Assembly (NCBI GenBank): GCA_025059745.1
Contig: JANXDH010000004.1
Coordinates: forward strand, 481,204 to 513,203
DNA from: Aigarchaeota archaeon
GTDB lineage: Archaea; Thermoproteota; Nitrososphaeria_A; Caldarchaeales; Calditenuaceae
Length of the DNA stretch: 32,000 nucleotides
Direction: 5' to 3'
The notes under the pieces are model-generated. The model worked only from the letters and a program-made list of their open reading frames with translations, was not told the DNA's origin and did no database searches. A program made the position numbers and the translations under genes. Shown in pieces: positions 15,272-24,483 of the stretch; the first letter of the stretch is position 1; each line of letters opens with the position of its first letter.

Positions 15272-15346
15272 TTTACCGCAGATAATACCCCGGTATATTT
15301 AAATTAATCAAGCAACGACCTGAATTATCAACCTCTTATCTGAGCG

Positions 15347-16168
15347 ATGGGTACTGTAGGCGTGGTAAGTCTAAGGCTGGCGGCGTTGCAGGTCCCTGTA
15401 GGAGATAGTCCTAAGGGCTCGATAAGGGCTCTGAGAGATCTCTCGTCCCAACTGAGCAGGGGCGAGGTCGATCTTCTGGTGTTGCCTGAAGCTTGGACTG
15501 ATAGGGATCCCCTGCCGCGTCTCGACGAAATGCTTGCATACGCAGGCGTACTAATCTCGGAACTATCCGAGATCGCCTGTGCTTTATCTACGCAACTTTA
15601 TGGTGGCGGGATATACGTCTACAGAGGAGGTCCTCGGGTCGGATGCCCGGTTATAGACCACGATGGCAAACTGATCGGCTGGCAGTACAAAACCCACCTA
15701 TTCAGGGATGAGAGGAGATTCTTCGTTCCCGGTGAAGACTTCAGGTCCTTTACCTGCAAGACCATCAAAGTTGGTGTGCTGATCTGCCACGACATAGTGT
15801 ATCCCGAGAACGCGCGAATACTGGCTCTAAGAGGGGCGGACCTGATAGTCTCTCCAGCTCGAATAGTCTCGGAGGGGATAAAGCCTTGGCACATCTACCT
15901 GAGGGCTCGGTGCCTCGAGAACAGGTTACCAATCCTAGCGTCCAACGTGTGGATAGAGGGTCAGGCCGAGGGGCGGAGCATCGTGGTAGAACCCACACAT
16001 CAACCTGATGACATAGTCGACGTCAGGGAGTCGGTACTGGATGAGGAGGGAGGGGGGCTGTTGATAAGTAGCGTCAACATAGAGCGACCGAATAGATTGA
16101 GGTTGGAGAGGTTGGGGAACAGACGGCCTGAACTTTACGGCGACCTCTGTCGAGATTATCAGACCTGA
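15347..16168 (+). CDS. carbon-nitrogen hydrolase (nitrilase superfamily)
   Basis: 273-aa ORF with elements of the Glu-Lys-Cys triad: LLVLPEAW, YKTHLF and VGVLICHDIVYPE. Confidence 0.82.
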   Translation: MGTVGVVSLRLAALQVPVGDSPKGSIRALRDLSSQLSRGEVDLLVLPEAWTDRDPLPRLDEMLAYAGVLISELSEIACALSTQLYGGGIYVYRGGPRVGCPVIDHDGKLIGWQYKTHLFRDERRFFVPGEDFRSFTCKTIKVGVLICHDIVYPENARILALRGADLIVSPARIVSEGIKPWHIYLRARCLENRLPILASNVWIEGQAEGRSIVVEPTHQPDDIVDVRESVLDEEGGGLLISSVNIERPNRLRLERLGNRRPELYGDLCRDYQT

Positions 16169-16218
16169 TTTAAACTTTATCTATCGAAAAAAATATAGAC
16201 TAAGAGAGAAGTGCTGAC

Positions 16219-17058
16219 GTGTTGCGGTCGAATAAGGTATACCGGCGACTTTCGCTGAGGGAGGAGAGAAAGGACCAGAAGGACAGGTTTCTGGAGAAGG
16301 ACAGGTCTGATGTCACCGAGGTCTTCGAGGACGTCTTCGATAGGCTGACGTTGATGACGATATACGAGCTGATGAACAGGGGCGTCATGGACCATCTGGA
16401 GGGAGTAGTGAACGAGGGTAAGGAGTCCAAGATCTATTTGGCTAAGGGGAGGAGCGGTGAGGAGCTCGCGGTGAAGATCTACCTGGTGGTGAATGTGGAG
16501 TTCAGGAGGAAAAGGGTCGAGTACGTAACGGGGGACCCTAGGTTCGAGAAGGTGCCTCACAACCTAAGGAGGTTCGTGTATCTCTGGGCGCTACGCGAGT
16601 ACGAGAACCTCAAAGCTGCTTACTACTCAAATGTCAGGGTCCCCGAGCCTATAGCTGTCAAGCGGAACGTGCTGGTGATGAGGTTCTTGGGCGTGGACGG
16701 CCGGAGGTATCCTCTACTCAGAGAGTACGTCCCCGAGGCTGCGGACGAATACTCGTCGATCTACGATTTAGTTATCGCTAACCTCAAGAAACTATACACG
16801 GGAGCTTCGATGGTTCACGGCGACCTAAGTGAGTACAACGTCCTCGTCGCATCACCCACGGAGATCTACTTCATCGACCTCTCACAGGCTATAGGCGTCA
16901 CTCACCATAGGGCGGGAGAGCTCCTGTATAGGGACCTGGTACACGTCAACAACTTCTTCAGGAGGAGGGGAGTGGACGTCATCGATGAGGTCCAGATTTA
17001 TAAGGAACTCACGGGGCGCGACCCTCCTATCGGTTCATCATATATCCGAAGCGAGTAG
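16219..17058 (+). CDS. rio1: RIO-type serine protein kinase (Rio1-like)
   Basis: 279-aa ORF (GTG start) with GKESKIYLA..ELAVKIY (ATP-binding Lys), catalytic VHGDLSEYNVL and metal-binding IDLSQA. Confidence 0.9.
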   Translation: MLRSNKVYRRLSLREERKDQKDRFLEKDRSDVTEVFEDVFDRLTLMTIYELMNRGVMDHLEGVVNEGKESKIYLAKGRSGEELAVKIYLVVNVEFRRKRVEYVTGDPRFEKVPHNLRRFVYLWALREYENLKAAYYSNVRVPEPIAVKRNVLVMRFLGVDGRRYPLLREYVPEAADEYSSIYDLVIANLKKLYTGASMVHGDLSEYNVLVASPTEIYFIDLSQAIGVTHHRAGELLYRDLVHVNNFFRRRGVDVIDEVQIYKELTGRDPPIGSSYIRSE

Positions 17059-17096
17059 AATGATTTAAGAGGAGGCAAGCGGGATACGGGTTAGGG

Positions 17097-17486
17097 TTGA
17101 CGGTCTGGCATACCTCCATCTACAAGAGGAAGAAGAGTGGGGGGAAGAAGGGAACCCAGAGGAAGAGGAAGAGGTTTGAGAGGGGTGACGACCCACTACT
17201 CCCCGTAGTGGGAGACCGCGATGTGGTAGTGAAGAGGGTCAGGGGAGGGGGTACCAAAGTCGCCATAAAGTCGGATAACAAAGCCAACGTGGTCGACCCT
17301 CAGACCAATACGGTGACTAGGACCGACGTGCTCTCCGTGAGGGACAACCCGGCTAACAGGGACTTCGCGAGGAGGGGCGTCATCACGAGAGGCGCCATAA
17401 TTGAGACGCCATTGGGGCTGGCTAGGGTAGTCTCTAAACCCTCATCTGCTGGGACCATCAACGCCGTCCTCATCAAGCAATCATGA
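17097..17486 (+). CDS. rps8e: 30S ribosomal protein S8e
   Basis: 129-aa ORF (TTG start) with a basic N-terminus WHTSIYKRKKSGGKKGTQRKRKRFE, then KRVRGGGTKVAIK and RRGVITRGAIIETPLG, as in eS8. Confidence 0.88.
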   Translation: MTVWHTSIYKRKKSGGKKGTQRKRKRFERGDDPLLPVVGDRDVVVKRVRGGGTKVAIKSDNKANVVDPQTNTVTRTDVLSVRDNPANRDFARRGVITRGAIIETPLGLARVVSKPSSAGTINAVLIKQS

Positions 17487-17758
17487 TAAAACGCGAGGGC
17501 TACGTTATATGGACCCAATACTTCGATAGGTCTTTAACGCGGAGTATGGGTAGGCGGGTACCGGTAAGACTCGCGGTCAAATCGGTCTCTCAGAAGGCCG
17601 TAATAGACGCTGCTAGATCACTCGGATGGCATGCAGAACCGGTCAACAGGAGGTACCCGAGGCGGTGGTGGCAACAGGACGCCTGTGTCATCGTGCGTCC
17701 TGAGGGACGCCTCTCTAGGTCGGAGGTCGTCAGGAGGATCTCAGAGAAGTTGAGATGA
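17483..17758 (+). CDS. srp19: signal recognition particle protein SRP19
   Basis: 91-aa ORF with the VIWTQYFDRSLTRSMGRRVP motif characteristic of SRP19. ATGA overlap with rps8e. Confidence 0.88.
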   Translation: MIKREGYVIWTQYFDRSLTRSMGRRVPVRLAVKSVSQKAVIDAARSLGWHAEPVNRRYPRRWWQQDACVIVRPEGRLSRSEVVRRISEKLR

Positions 17759-18009
17759 GCGTGCGCGACGGGAGACACAGAACAAAGCTTGAAGTGCTGG
17801 GAGACCGTTTGAGGAGGATGGAGGACGTGGTCTTGGTGAGGGGAGGGTCGGTAGTCCCTAATATCGGTGAGAGGGTCTACAACGAAAGGGCTCAGGTGGT
17901 GGGTTACGTGACGAACGTCTTCGGACCCGTATCCCGGTTCTACGTCGCTGTCAGGGTCACCAAGAGAGATAGGGACGACGGAGTCTACCGGGTCCTGAGG
18001 GAGACTTAG
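17755..18009 (+). CDS. gar1: H/ACA ribonucleoprotein complex subunit Gar1
   Basis: 84-aa ORF with VYNERAQVVGYVTNVFGPVSRFYVAVRV, typical of the archaeal Gar1 beta-barrel. ATGA overlap with srp19. Confidence 0.82.
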   Translation: MSVRDGRHRTKLEVLGDRLRRMEDVVLVRGGSVVPNIGERVYNERAQVVGYVTNVFGPVSRFYVAVRVTKRDRDDGVYRVLRET

Positions 18010-18026
18010 CGGGGGACCCATAATAT

Positions 18027-18470
18027 CTACTTGGTCCCCTCTATAACCTTCTTTAGCTTCGTTATTATCTCGGTCACCTTGTCCTTAGTGACAGACTCGA
18101 TAAGCCTTGAGCCTATGCTTGCCACCAACCCACCCACGGTCACGTCAGCATCCCACTTGACGACTGAACCGGAGTCCGTCTTGGAGAGGTTGAGGTCTAT
18201 CTTGAGATCGACCGTGGACTGAACTCCAGTACCCCTGCCCACGATCTTGACGTGGTTAGGTTCGTTGAGCTCATCAAACTTGAAGTCCATCTTCAGAGTA
18301 CCCCCGACCATTCCAAGCTTCACCTTGAACTCAGCGGTGAAAGAGCTTTTGTCCTTTACGACCAGACTCTTGAGGTCCGGTATAGCCTGTCCGAACTTGT
18401 TCGGGTTCGTCACTACGCTCCAGACAACGTTAGGTGGCGCATTGACCTGAAAGGATCCCTCGAACTTCAC
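18027..18470 (-). CDS. coxG: SRPBCC-fold protein, CoxG-like
   Basis: 147-aa ORF. MKFEGSFQVNAPPNVVWSVVTNPNKFGQAIPDLKSL and the repeated beta pattern match the carbon monoxide dehydrogenase subunit G family. Confidence 0.75.
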   Translation of the reverse strand: MKFEGSFQVNAPPNVVWSVVTNPNKFGQAIPDLKSLVVKDKSSFTAEFKVKLGMVGGTLKMDFKFDELNEPNHVKIVGRGTGVQSTVDLKIDLNLSKTDSGSVVKWDADVTVGGLVASIGSRLIESVTKDKVTEIITKLKKVIEGTK

Positions 18471-18597
18471 GTCATTCTCCCCATGGATCAGATATTTATA
18501 TCTTCTATGTTATCTCGCTTGAAATAGAAAATTTTATTTAATGGTTTAGACCAGTTACCATTGAAGGTGGTCCGTTATAGAGGACGCATACGAGAGG

Positions 18598-19491
18598 TTG
18601 TTAGGTAAGTTAACCGTTGAGAATTTGGTTGTTGAACTCGAGAAGGAGCTGTACGTCGCGGATCAGGAACTTGCCACCGCGCTATTTCTGGCTATCGCGA
18701 TCAAGAAGCCCCTCCTAATCGAGGGCGAGCCTGGGTGCGGGAAGACCGAGATAGCGAAGGTCCTCGCCAAGATCTTAAACACGGAGCTTATAAGACTGCA
18801 GTGCTATGAGGGACTCGACGCCTCAGACGCGATCTACGAGTGGAACTATCCGAGGCAGCTGTTGTACATAAAGATGATAGAGGCCAGCAAATCCCCCCAG
18901 GAGGTCGAGGAGGAGATATTCAGCGAGAAGTACCTGCTGAAGAGACCGCTCCTGAAGGCCATAACCTACGACGGTCCCAGGCCTCCCGTGCTGCTGATAG
19001 ACGAGATCGATAGAGCTGACGAGGAGTTTGAGGGGTTCCTGCTGGAGTTCCTGGCGGAGTATCAGGTCACGATACCTGAGTTGGGTACCATCAAGGCTAA
19101 GGTCGAGCCCATTACGATACTGACCTCGAACAGGACCCGGGAGATAGGTGACGGTCTGAAGAGGAGGTGCCTCTACCTATACATCTCCTACCCGAGCAAG
19201 GAGAAGGAGCTGAGGATCCTGAAGCTCAAGGTGAAGGACCTGGACCAGACGGTGAGCGAGAAGATAGTGAACTTCGTAAACCTCATAAGGAGTAGGAACG
19301 ACATCATGAAGAAGCCGGGTGTCGCGGAGACCCTAGACTGGGCTAGGGCGCTCTCTATGATGAACGTGAAGGACCTAGATAAGAAGGTGGTGTTGGGGAC
19401 CCTGCCTTGCATACTGAAGACTCAGGAGGACCTGATGCGTCTCGACATCGACATCATGCTCAATCAGATAGGGGTCGGGAAGGGTGTATGA
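18598..19491 (+). CDS. MoxR-class AAA+ ATPase (CoxD-like)
   Basis: 297-aa ORF with Walker A GEPGCGKTE, Walker B VLLIDEIDRADEE, sensor TSNR and a C-terminal PGVAETLDWARAL element typical of MoxR/CoxD. Confidence 0.88.
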   Translation: MLGKLTVENLVVELEKELYVADQELATALFLAIAIKKPLLIEGEPGCGKTEIAKVLAKILNTELIRLQCYEGLDASDAIYEWNYPRQLLYIKMIEASKSPQEVEEEIFSEKYLLKRPLLKAITYDGPRPPVLLIDEIDRADEEFEGFLLEFLAEYQVTIPELGTIKAKVEPITILTSNRTREIGDGLKRRCLYLYISYPSKEKELRILKLKVKDLDQTVSEKIVNFVNLIRSRNDIMKKPGVAETLDWARALSMMNVKDLDKKVVLGTLPCILKTQEDLMRLDIDIMLNQIGVGKGV

Positions 19492-20653
19492 ACTCGTAGT
19501 CGTTCTATCTAGGAAGTTACGAGATTTCGGACTTAAGGTGGGAGTATCTGAGTCTATAGACGCATGCAACGCTCTCAAGGTCGTTGATCGCAACGACTTC
19601 ACACAGTTTAAGACTGCACTGAAGGTTACGATGATCAAAGACTACACTAAGTACAACGTCTTCGATCAGATGCTAGACGAGTCACTCACCGACTACGTGG
19701 AGAGGGCCGGTGATTCGGGGGGCGAGGAAGAGGAGGGAGAGGATAGCGGCGAACCGTCTGAGATGAGCAGTAAGACCCGTCAGGACAGCAGGCCGGGCGA
19801 CAAGGACCAGCAGAACGTCAAGGTGGTGATGTATAGTCCGATGGAGGTCTTGAACCGGAGGCAACTCAAACCCATCGAGGTGCAGAGCCTTAGGGAGGGA
19901 AAGAGGATCGTGAAGAGGTTGAGGAGGAGGCTGGCGCTACTGAGCGGGAGGAGGACCAGACCCTCAAAGAAGGGAGAGGTCGATTTCGTCAAGACCTTCA
20001 GGCAGAGTCTCAGCACTATAGGCGAGATAATAGAGCTGAAGAGGTTCACGAGGGTTAAGAGCAGGGCGAGACTCCTCGTCTTCATAGACATCAGCGGCTC
20101 CATGGACTCGTACACCGACTGGCTGGTCAGGAGCATGTACGTCCTTAGAAAGTTCGCGAGTCGTTGCGAGATCTTCCTCTTCAGCACCAGACTCGTGAGG
20201 GTCACCGATATCGCGAACATAGCCAGCCCAGCAGAGATGATCGTTAAGCTTCACGAGAGGGTGGACATATGGGGGAGCGGGACCAGGATAGGGCACTCGT
20301 TCAGGACGTTCCTAGAGGACTACGGCAACTTGGTCGATCGCACGTGGGTGATCATGGTGATAAGCGACGGGTGGGACACCGGTGAACCGGAGTTACTCAC
20401 CTCCTCGATGGAGAGGTTACGCATGAAGGTCGGTAGGATCATATGGCTCAACCCTCACGCGGACAAGCCCAACTTCAAGCCCATGACGATCGGTATGCTC
20501 GCAGCCCTGCCATACATCGACGTCCTGGCTGGCACGAGCGCACTCGAGGACCTCCCCTCCTACATCAGGTTCTTCGGCCGGTCCATAAAACCGCTCAAGC
20601 CTAAGTGGTACAAGAGGGAGGCTCAGATCAGCAGAGCGTTCGCCTATTTCTGA
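19484..20653 (+). CDS. VWA-domain protein (CoxE-like)
   Basis: 389-aa ORF (GTG start, 8-nt overlap with the ATPase gene). It has an acidic/low-complexity linker and then a VWA domain with MIDAS motif VFIDISGSM and later ISDGWD. Confidence 0.82.
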   Translation: MYELVVVLSRKLRDFGLKVGVSESIDACNALKVVDRNDFTQFKTALKVTMIKDYTKYNVFDQMLDESLTDYVERAGDSGGEEEEGEDSGEPSEMSSKTRQDSRPGDKDQQNVKVVMYSPMEVLNRRQLKPIEVQSLREGKRIVKRLRRRLALLSGRRTRPSKKGEVDFVKTFRQSLSTIGEIIELKRFTRVKSRARLLVFIDISGSMDSYTDWLVRSMYVLRKFASRCEIFLFSTRLVRVTDIANIASPAEMIVKLHERVDIWGSGTRIGHSFRTFLEDYGNLVDRTWVIMVISDGWDTGEPELLTSSMERLRMKVGRIIWLNPHADKPNFKPMTIGMLAALPYIDVLAGTSALEDLPSYIRFFGRSIKPLKPKWYKREAQISRAFAYF

Positions 20654-20658
20654 TACAG

Positions 20659-21921
20659 ATGCGACACCGTGCGATAAGGGACTTCATCGGTCTGGACGAG
20701 GTCCTGGCCGAGCTCACCTCTCACGTTCGTCAGGTATCTGATTTCGAGGTGATCAGGCCGCGGGACGCGGTTGGGCGTTTGGCCTACTCTGACGTGGTCT
20801 CGAACGTTGACAGGCCCCTCTATGACACGTCTCACATGGACGGTTACGCGGTGAGATCATCTGAGACGAAGAGCGCGAGCCACGAGAGACCGGTAACGTT
20901 CAGGGTGATCGGGTGGCTGGGCCCCTCCGAGAGGCGTGGACGAATCTCGAGAGGCGAGGCGTTTAGGGTACATACAGGAGCATACCTGCCGGAGGGAGCC
21001 GACGCGGTCATCCCGCAAGAGGACGTGAAGGTCATAAACGATGGGATAGAAGTGTATAGAGAGATCGCGCCTTTCGAGTACGTGGACCGAAGGGGGAGTG
21101 ACGTAGAGGTGGGCACCTGTATAGTCAGAAAGGGGGAGCGGATCACGCCCGTGACCGCTGCTCTACTGGAGACCTTAGGGATCCTGGAGGTCAAGGTGAT
21201 CTCGAGGCCGAGGGTCGGGATACTCACCTTTGGGAGCGAACTGACGGACGACGTCTCCTTGCTCTCCGAGGGCCGGTTCATACTGAACACGCTGGGGCCG
21301 ATGGTGAGGAGCATGGTGATGGCGCTCGGGTGCGAGCCGGTAGCGTACCCCATAGTGCCTGACGACTACGGCGAGGTGAAGGGAGCAGTAATGAGGGCCT
21401 TGGAAAGATCTGATTGCGTGCTGACGATCGGAGGCTCGAGCGTTGGTGACATCGATATCCTATCCGGAGTCTTCAGAGAGGTCTCAGATACCTACAGACA
21501 GGGGATCAAGCTACAGCCGGGCAGGGTAGGTGGTTTTGCACTCATCAGGGGTAAGCCCCTAATAATCCTCCCGGGTCTCATACACTCCACGGTGAACGTC
21601 TTCAACTACTTGGCCGCCCCCGTCCTCGCGGGGCTACAGGGGATCGATCACAGGAGATACCTGTTCAAGTGGCCCGCGACCCTCTCCGAGCCCATAAGGG
21701 TGGATAAGTGGGAGGACTTCCTCAAGGTGGTCTGGGTCCAGAGGATCGACCGTCGTTCGGTGAAGCCGTTATTGGGCGAGTCATCGAGGTACGCCAGCAT
21801 CGCGCACTCCGACGGTTACATCGAGATCAAACCCAACGTGAAAGAGTTGAGGGAGGGAGAGGCCGTGGAGGTGATCACCCCCTCATGGGTCAAGGACGTC
21901 GACGCTAGGAGCCTCTGCTAG
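20659..21921 (+). CDS. moeA: molybdopterin molybdenumtransferase MoeA
   Basis: SHMDGYAVRS, GAYLPEGADAVIPQEDV, GGSSVGDIDIL and QPGRVGGFA motifs. I use ATG 20659 (M19 of the track ORF), which lies 6 nt after the VWA gene stop. Confidence 0.9.
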   Translation: MRHRAIRDFIGLDEVLAELTSHVRQVSDFEVIRPRDAVGRLAYSDVVSNVDRPLYDTSHMDGYAVRSSETKSASHERPVTFRVIGWLGPSERRGRISRGEAFRVHTGAYLPEGADAVIPQEDVKVINDGIEVYREIAPFEYVDRRGSDVEVGTCIVRKGERITPVTAALLETLGILEVKVISRPRVGILTFGSELTDDVSLLSEGRFILNTLGPMVRSMVMALGCEPVAYPIVPDDYGEVKGAVMRALERSDCVLTIGGSSVGDIDILSGVFREVSDTYRQGIKLQPGRVGGFALIRGKPLIILPGLIHSTVNVFNYLAAPVLAGLQGIDHRRYLFKWPATLSEPIRVDKWEDFLKVVWVQRIDRRSVKPLLGESSRYASIAHSDGYIEIKPNVKELREGEAVEVITPSWVKDVDARSLC

Positions 21922-21929
21922 TCACGCAG

Positions 21930-21957
21930 ACTTTCATTCCACTCTAATGATTTATCT
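21930..21957 (+). promoter_or_regulatory. promoter of orc1/cdc6: ACTTTCA - 13 nt (contains CCACTC) - TATA-like ATTTATCT
   Basis: ACTTTCA at 21930-21936, spacer TTCCACTCTAATG, ATTTATCT at 21950-21957, ATG at 21985. It aligns position for position with 2143-2170. Confidence 0.55.
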
Positions 21958-21984
21958 TTAGGGGGTCTCGGAGATAGCTGTAGG

Positions 21985-23157
21985 ATGGGGAACGCCCTCA
22001 AACTCTTCAAGAACGAGGAGCTGCTCTCGCCAGAGTATGTGCCCTCGAGGTTACCCCACAGAGAGGCCGAACTGAACCTCCTGAAGACCTTCTTCTCCAA
22101 CTTCATCGCGGGTGGTGGGGGGTTACTGCTGAGGATCCTGATCGCGGGGCCCGTGGGTGTCGGTAAGACCGCTCTGGCTAGGAGGTTCGGCACGATGGTC
22201 GAGGAGGACGCGCGCTCCTATGGCTCAAACGTTAAGTACATCCACGTCAACTGCAAACTCCACCGGTCGCTCTTCTCGGTCCTCAAGAGGGTCATAGAGG
22301 AACTAAGGGCTCCGTTGCCCACGAGAGGACTATCCAACGAGGAGATGCTCCACAGCATAATATCATACCTCGCTTCAAAGCGGACCTCCCTGGTGCTCGG
22401 CTTGGATGAGGTGGACGGCCTGGTCCGGGAGGAGAGCGACGCGCTCTACTTCCTGAGCAGGATCTCAGAGGAACGGCCGGGTGTGGCGAGGATGGCCATA
22501 GTCATGACGACCAGGACCATCGAGACCCTAGGCCTACTGGACGAGGCGACGAGGAGCCTCATACAGAACAACGTCGTCTACCTCAGCGAGTACACGACCC
22601 CCCAGCTGAGAGACATAGTAGCCTACAGGGCCTCCGAGGCCATCCAGGACGGCGTGGTCGGCGACGAGATAATAGATATGATCGCGGAGGCCGCGGGGAA
22701 CAGGGGGGACGCCCGTTTCGCCATCGAGATACTCTGGCGGGCAGTGAAGTACGCAGAGAACGAGTCCCTCAACAAGGTGACCCCCGAGCACATAAGGAAA
22801 GCGACCGCGAGCATCTACCCCGTGATCAAGAAGGAGATACTCTCATATCTCTCGTATCACGAGAGACTCCTCCTATTAGCCGCCACTAGGGCCCTCAACC
22901 TAAACGAGAAGGCCTACGTGACCTCCTCGGAGTTGAACACCCTATACCGGGTAGTCTGTGAGGAGTTCGGCGTCGCACCACGCGCGTACACTAGGTTCTG
23001 GGAGTACCTGCAACACCTCGAGGACGTCGGGATCGTCAGGATAAAGGTCTCCAGCGAGGGGACTAGGGGGAGACGGAGCTACATCTACATACCTGAAGTC
23101 CCTGTCTCGATACTGATGAGGGAGTTGAGGTCGTTACTCGAGAGGCCGAAGAAGTGA
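21985..23157 (+). CDS. cdc6: Orc1/Cdc6 replication initiator
   Basis: 390-aa ORF with the N-terminal YVPSRLPHREAEL motif, Walker A GPVGVGKT, Walker B LGLDEVD and a C-terminal winged-helix region. Confidence 0.92.
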   Translation: MGNALKLFKNEELLSPEYVPSRLPHREAELNLLKTFFSNFIAGGGGLLLRILIAGPVGVGKTALARRFGTMVEEDARSYGSNVKYIHVNCKLHRSLFSVLKRVIEELRAPLPTRGLSNEEMLHSIISYLASKRTSLVLGLDEVDGLVREESDALYFLSRISEERPGVARMAIVMTTRTIETLGLLDEATRSLIQNNVVYLSEYTTPQLRDIVAYRASEAIQDGVVGDEIIDMIAEAAGNRGDARFAIEILWRAVKYAENESLNKVTPEHIRKATASIYPVIKKEILSYLSYHERLLLLAATRALNLNEKAYVTSSELNTLYRVVCEEFGVAPRAYTRFWEYLQHLEDVGIVRIKVSSEGTRGRRSYIYIPEVPVSILMRELRSLLERPKK

Positions 23158-23169
23158 TACCCGTTCAGG

Positions 23170-24483
23170 TCACGACTTACGAGTGCCTCTACGAACCTCC
23201 CTCCTCCCCCTCATTGGTACCGTGATGCCCTCCTTGAGGACCTTGACCTCCTCCCCGTCCAGCTCATAGAACTCAGCGACCCCTAACCTGCCCGCACCGA
23301 CCATGACCCTCAGATAGGGGAGCATATGGTATGACGCCTTGGAGGTCGACATGTGAGACTTCGCGGCTATCTTACCCAGGATACTCCTCATTACCTGTCT
23401 ACGCGGCCCTGTCTCCTGCATGAACCTTATCTTGGAGGGGAACGCGAACCTCTCTCCGCCCTTACCACTCCTTCTCTTGACGATGCCCGGAGCGGAGGCG
23501 AGTATACAGTTGCCGTACTTCAGCAGCCCCCAGACACGCCTCTTCCTAGCTCTCGATAAGTGCAGGTCGGCCTCGGATAGGAACGAAGTGGCCTCGGCGA
23601 TGGCCCCAGGGTCCTTTATCTGCGTGAAGAGGTTATCGAAGACCCACGTGAATAGCGTCTCAGAGTCCATGTCCAGGTTCAGGGCGGCGATCCTCCCGGG
23701 GTTCACCGTATCGGCACCGAATATGGCCCCGAGGGCCTCAAAGATGTCCTTCTCTCTATCTCGCGCACCCAACGTAACCATCAGCTCCGGATCGATTCTA
23801 CCCGTGCCCGCGCTCAAGGCCTCCATATCGTTTATCGCCGACCTCAGGTCACCGCCCGCTTTCTCTGCCAACCTCTCCAGTACCTCGTCACTGACCTTGA
23901 TGCCCTCGGCGTCTGCGATCGTCCTCAGCCTAGTCATGATATCGCGCTTACTTATCTTGCCGAACTTCATCATCTCGGCCCTCGACCTTAGAGCTGCGAG
24001 TCTGGGACTCCACGGGTCGTTGGCTACCATCACGATCGGCACCTCGGTCTTCTCTATGATCGACGCAAGCGCCCCCACGCCCCCGACCTCCTCGTGACCT
24101 ACCAGACCATCGACCTCATCTACGAGTATCACTCTCTTTCTTGTCGCACCCAACGTAGCCTGTCTCGACGACTCGCCTACTATCCTCTTGATCTCCTCGG
24201 CACCCCTCCTGTCGCTAGCGTTGACCTCGACTACCTCATATCCGGCCTCCTTCGCGTACGCGTAGACTAGGGAGGTCTTACCGACCCCGGGTGGACCGAC
24301 CAAGAGGGCCGCCTTGTACTTGGGCTTACCCCTCGACCACGAGGTGACCCAACGGAGGAACTGGTCCTTGACGTCCTCGTTACCGACGACCTCGCTCAGC
24401 CTCCTCGGCCTGTACTTCTCGACGAGCGGTACGCTTGATACCAAGGCGGTCTCCCACTCACCTCCCCTTTCCCTCGGAGGCAT
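23170..24483 (-). CDS. rfcL: replication factor C large subunit
   Basis: VPLVEKYRPRRLSEVVGNEDV, Walker A GPPGVGKTS, Walker B ILVDEVD and a basic C-terminal tail. I use ATG 24483. The track's TTG at 24492 is also possible. Confidence 0.9.
   Translation of the reverse strand: MPPRERGGEWETALVSSVPLVEKYRPRRLSEVVGNEDVKDQFLRWVTSWSRGKPKYKAALLVGPPGVGKTSLVYAYAKEAGYEVVEVNASDRRGAEEIKRIVGESSRQATLGATRKRVILVDEVDGLVGHEEVGGVGALASIIEKTEVPIVMVANDPWSPRLAALRSRAEMMKFGKISKRDIMTRLRTIADAEGIKVSDEVLERLAEKAGGDLRSAINDMEALSAGTGRIDPELMVTLGARDREKDIFEALGAIFGADTVNPGRIAALNLDMDSETLFTWVFDNLFTQIKDPGAIAEATSFLSEADLHLSRARKRRVWGLLKYGNCILASAPGIVKRRSGKGGERFAFPSKIRFMQETGPRRQVMRSILGKIAAKSHMSTSKASYHMLPYLRVMVGAGRLGVAEFYELDGEEVKVLKEGITVPMRGRREVRRGTRKS

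Noticed and set aside
21922-21984. Replication origin adjacent to orc1/cdc6
   Set aside because: The intergenic region is only 63 nt, with no AT-rich unwinding element and no inverted pair of ORB repeats. The single ORB-like half-site is better explained as a promoter or operator element. The AT-rich region at 18471-18597 is a divergent promoter with no ORB-like repeats that I could see.
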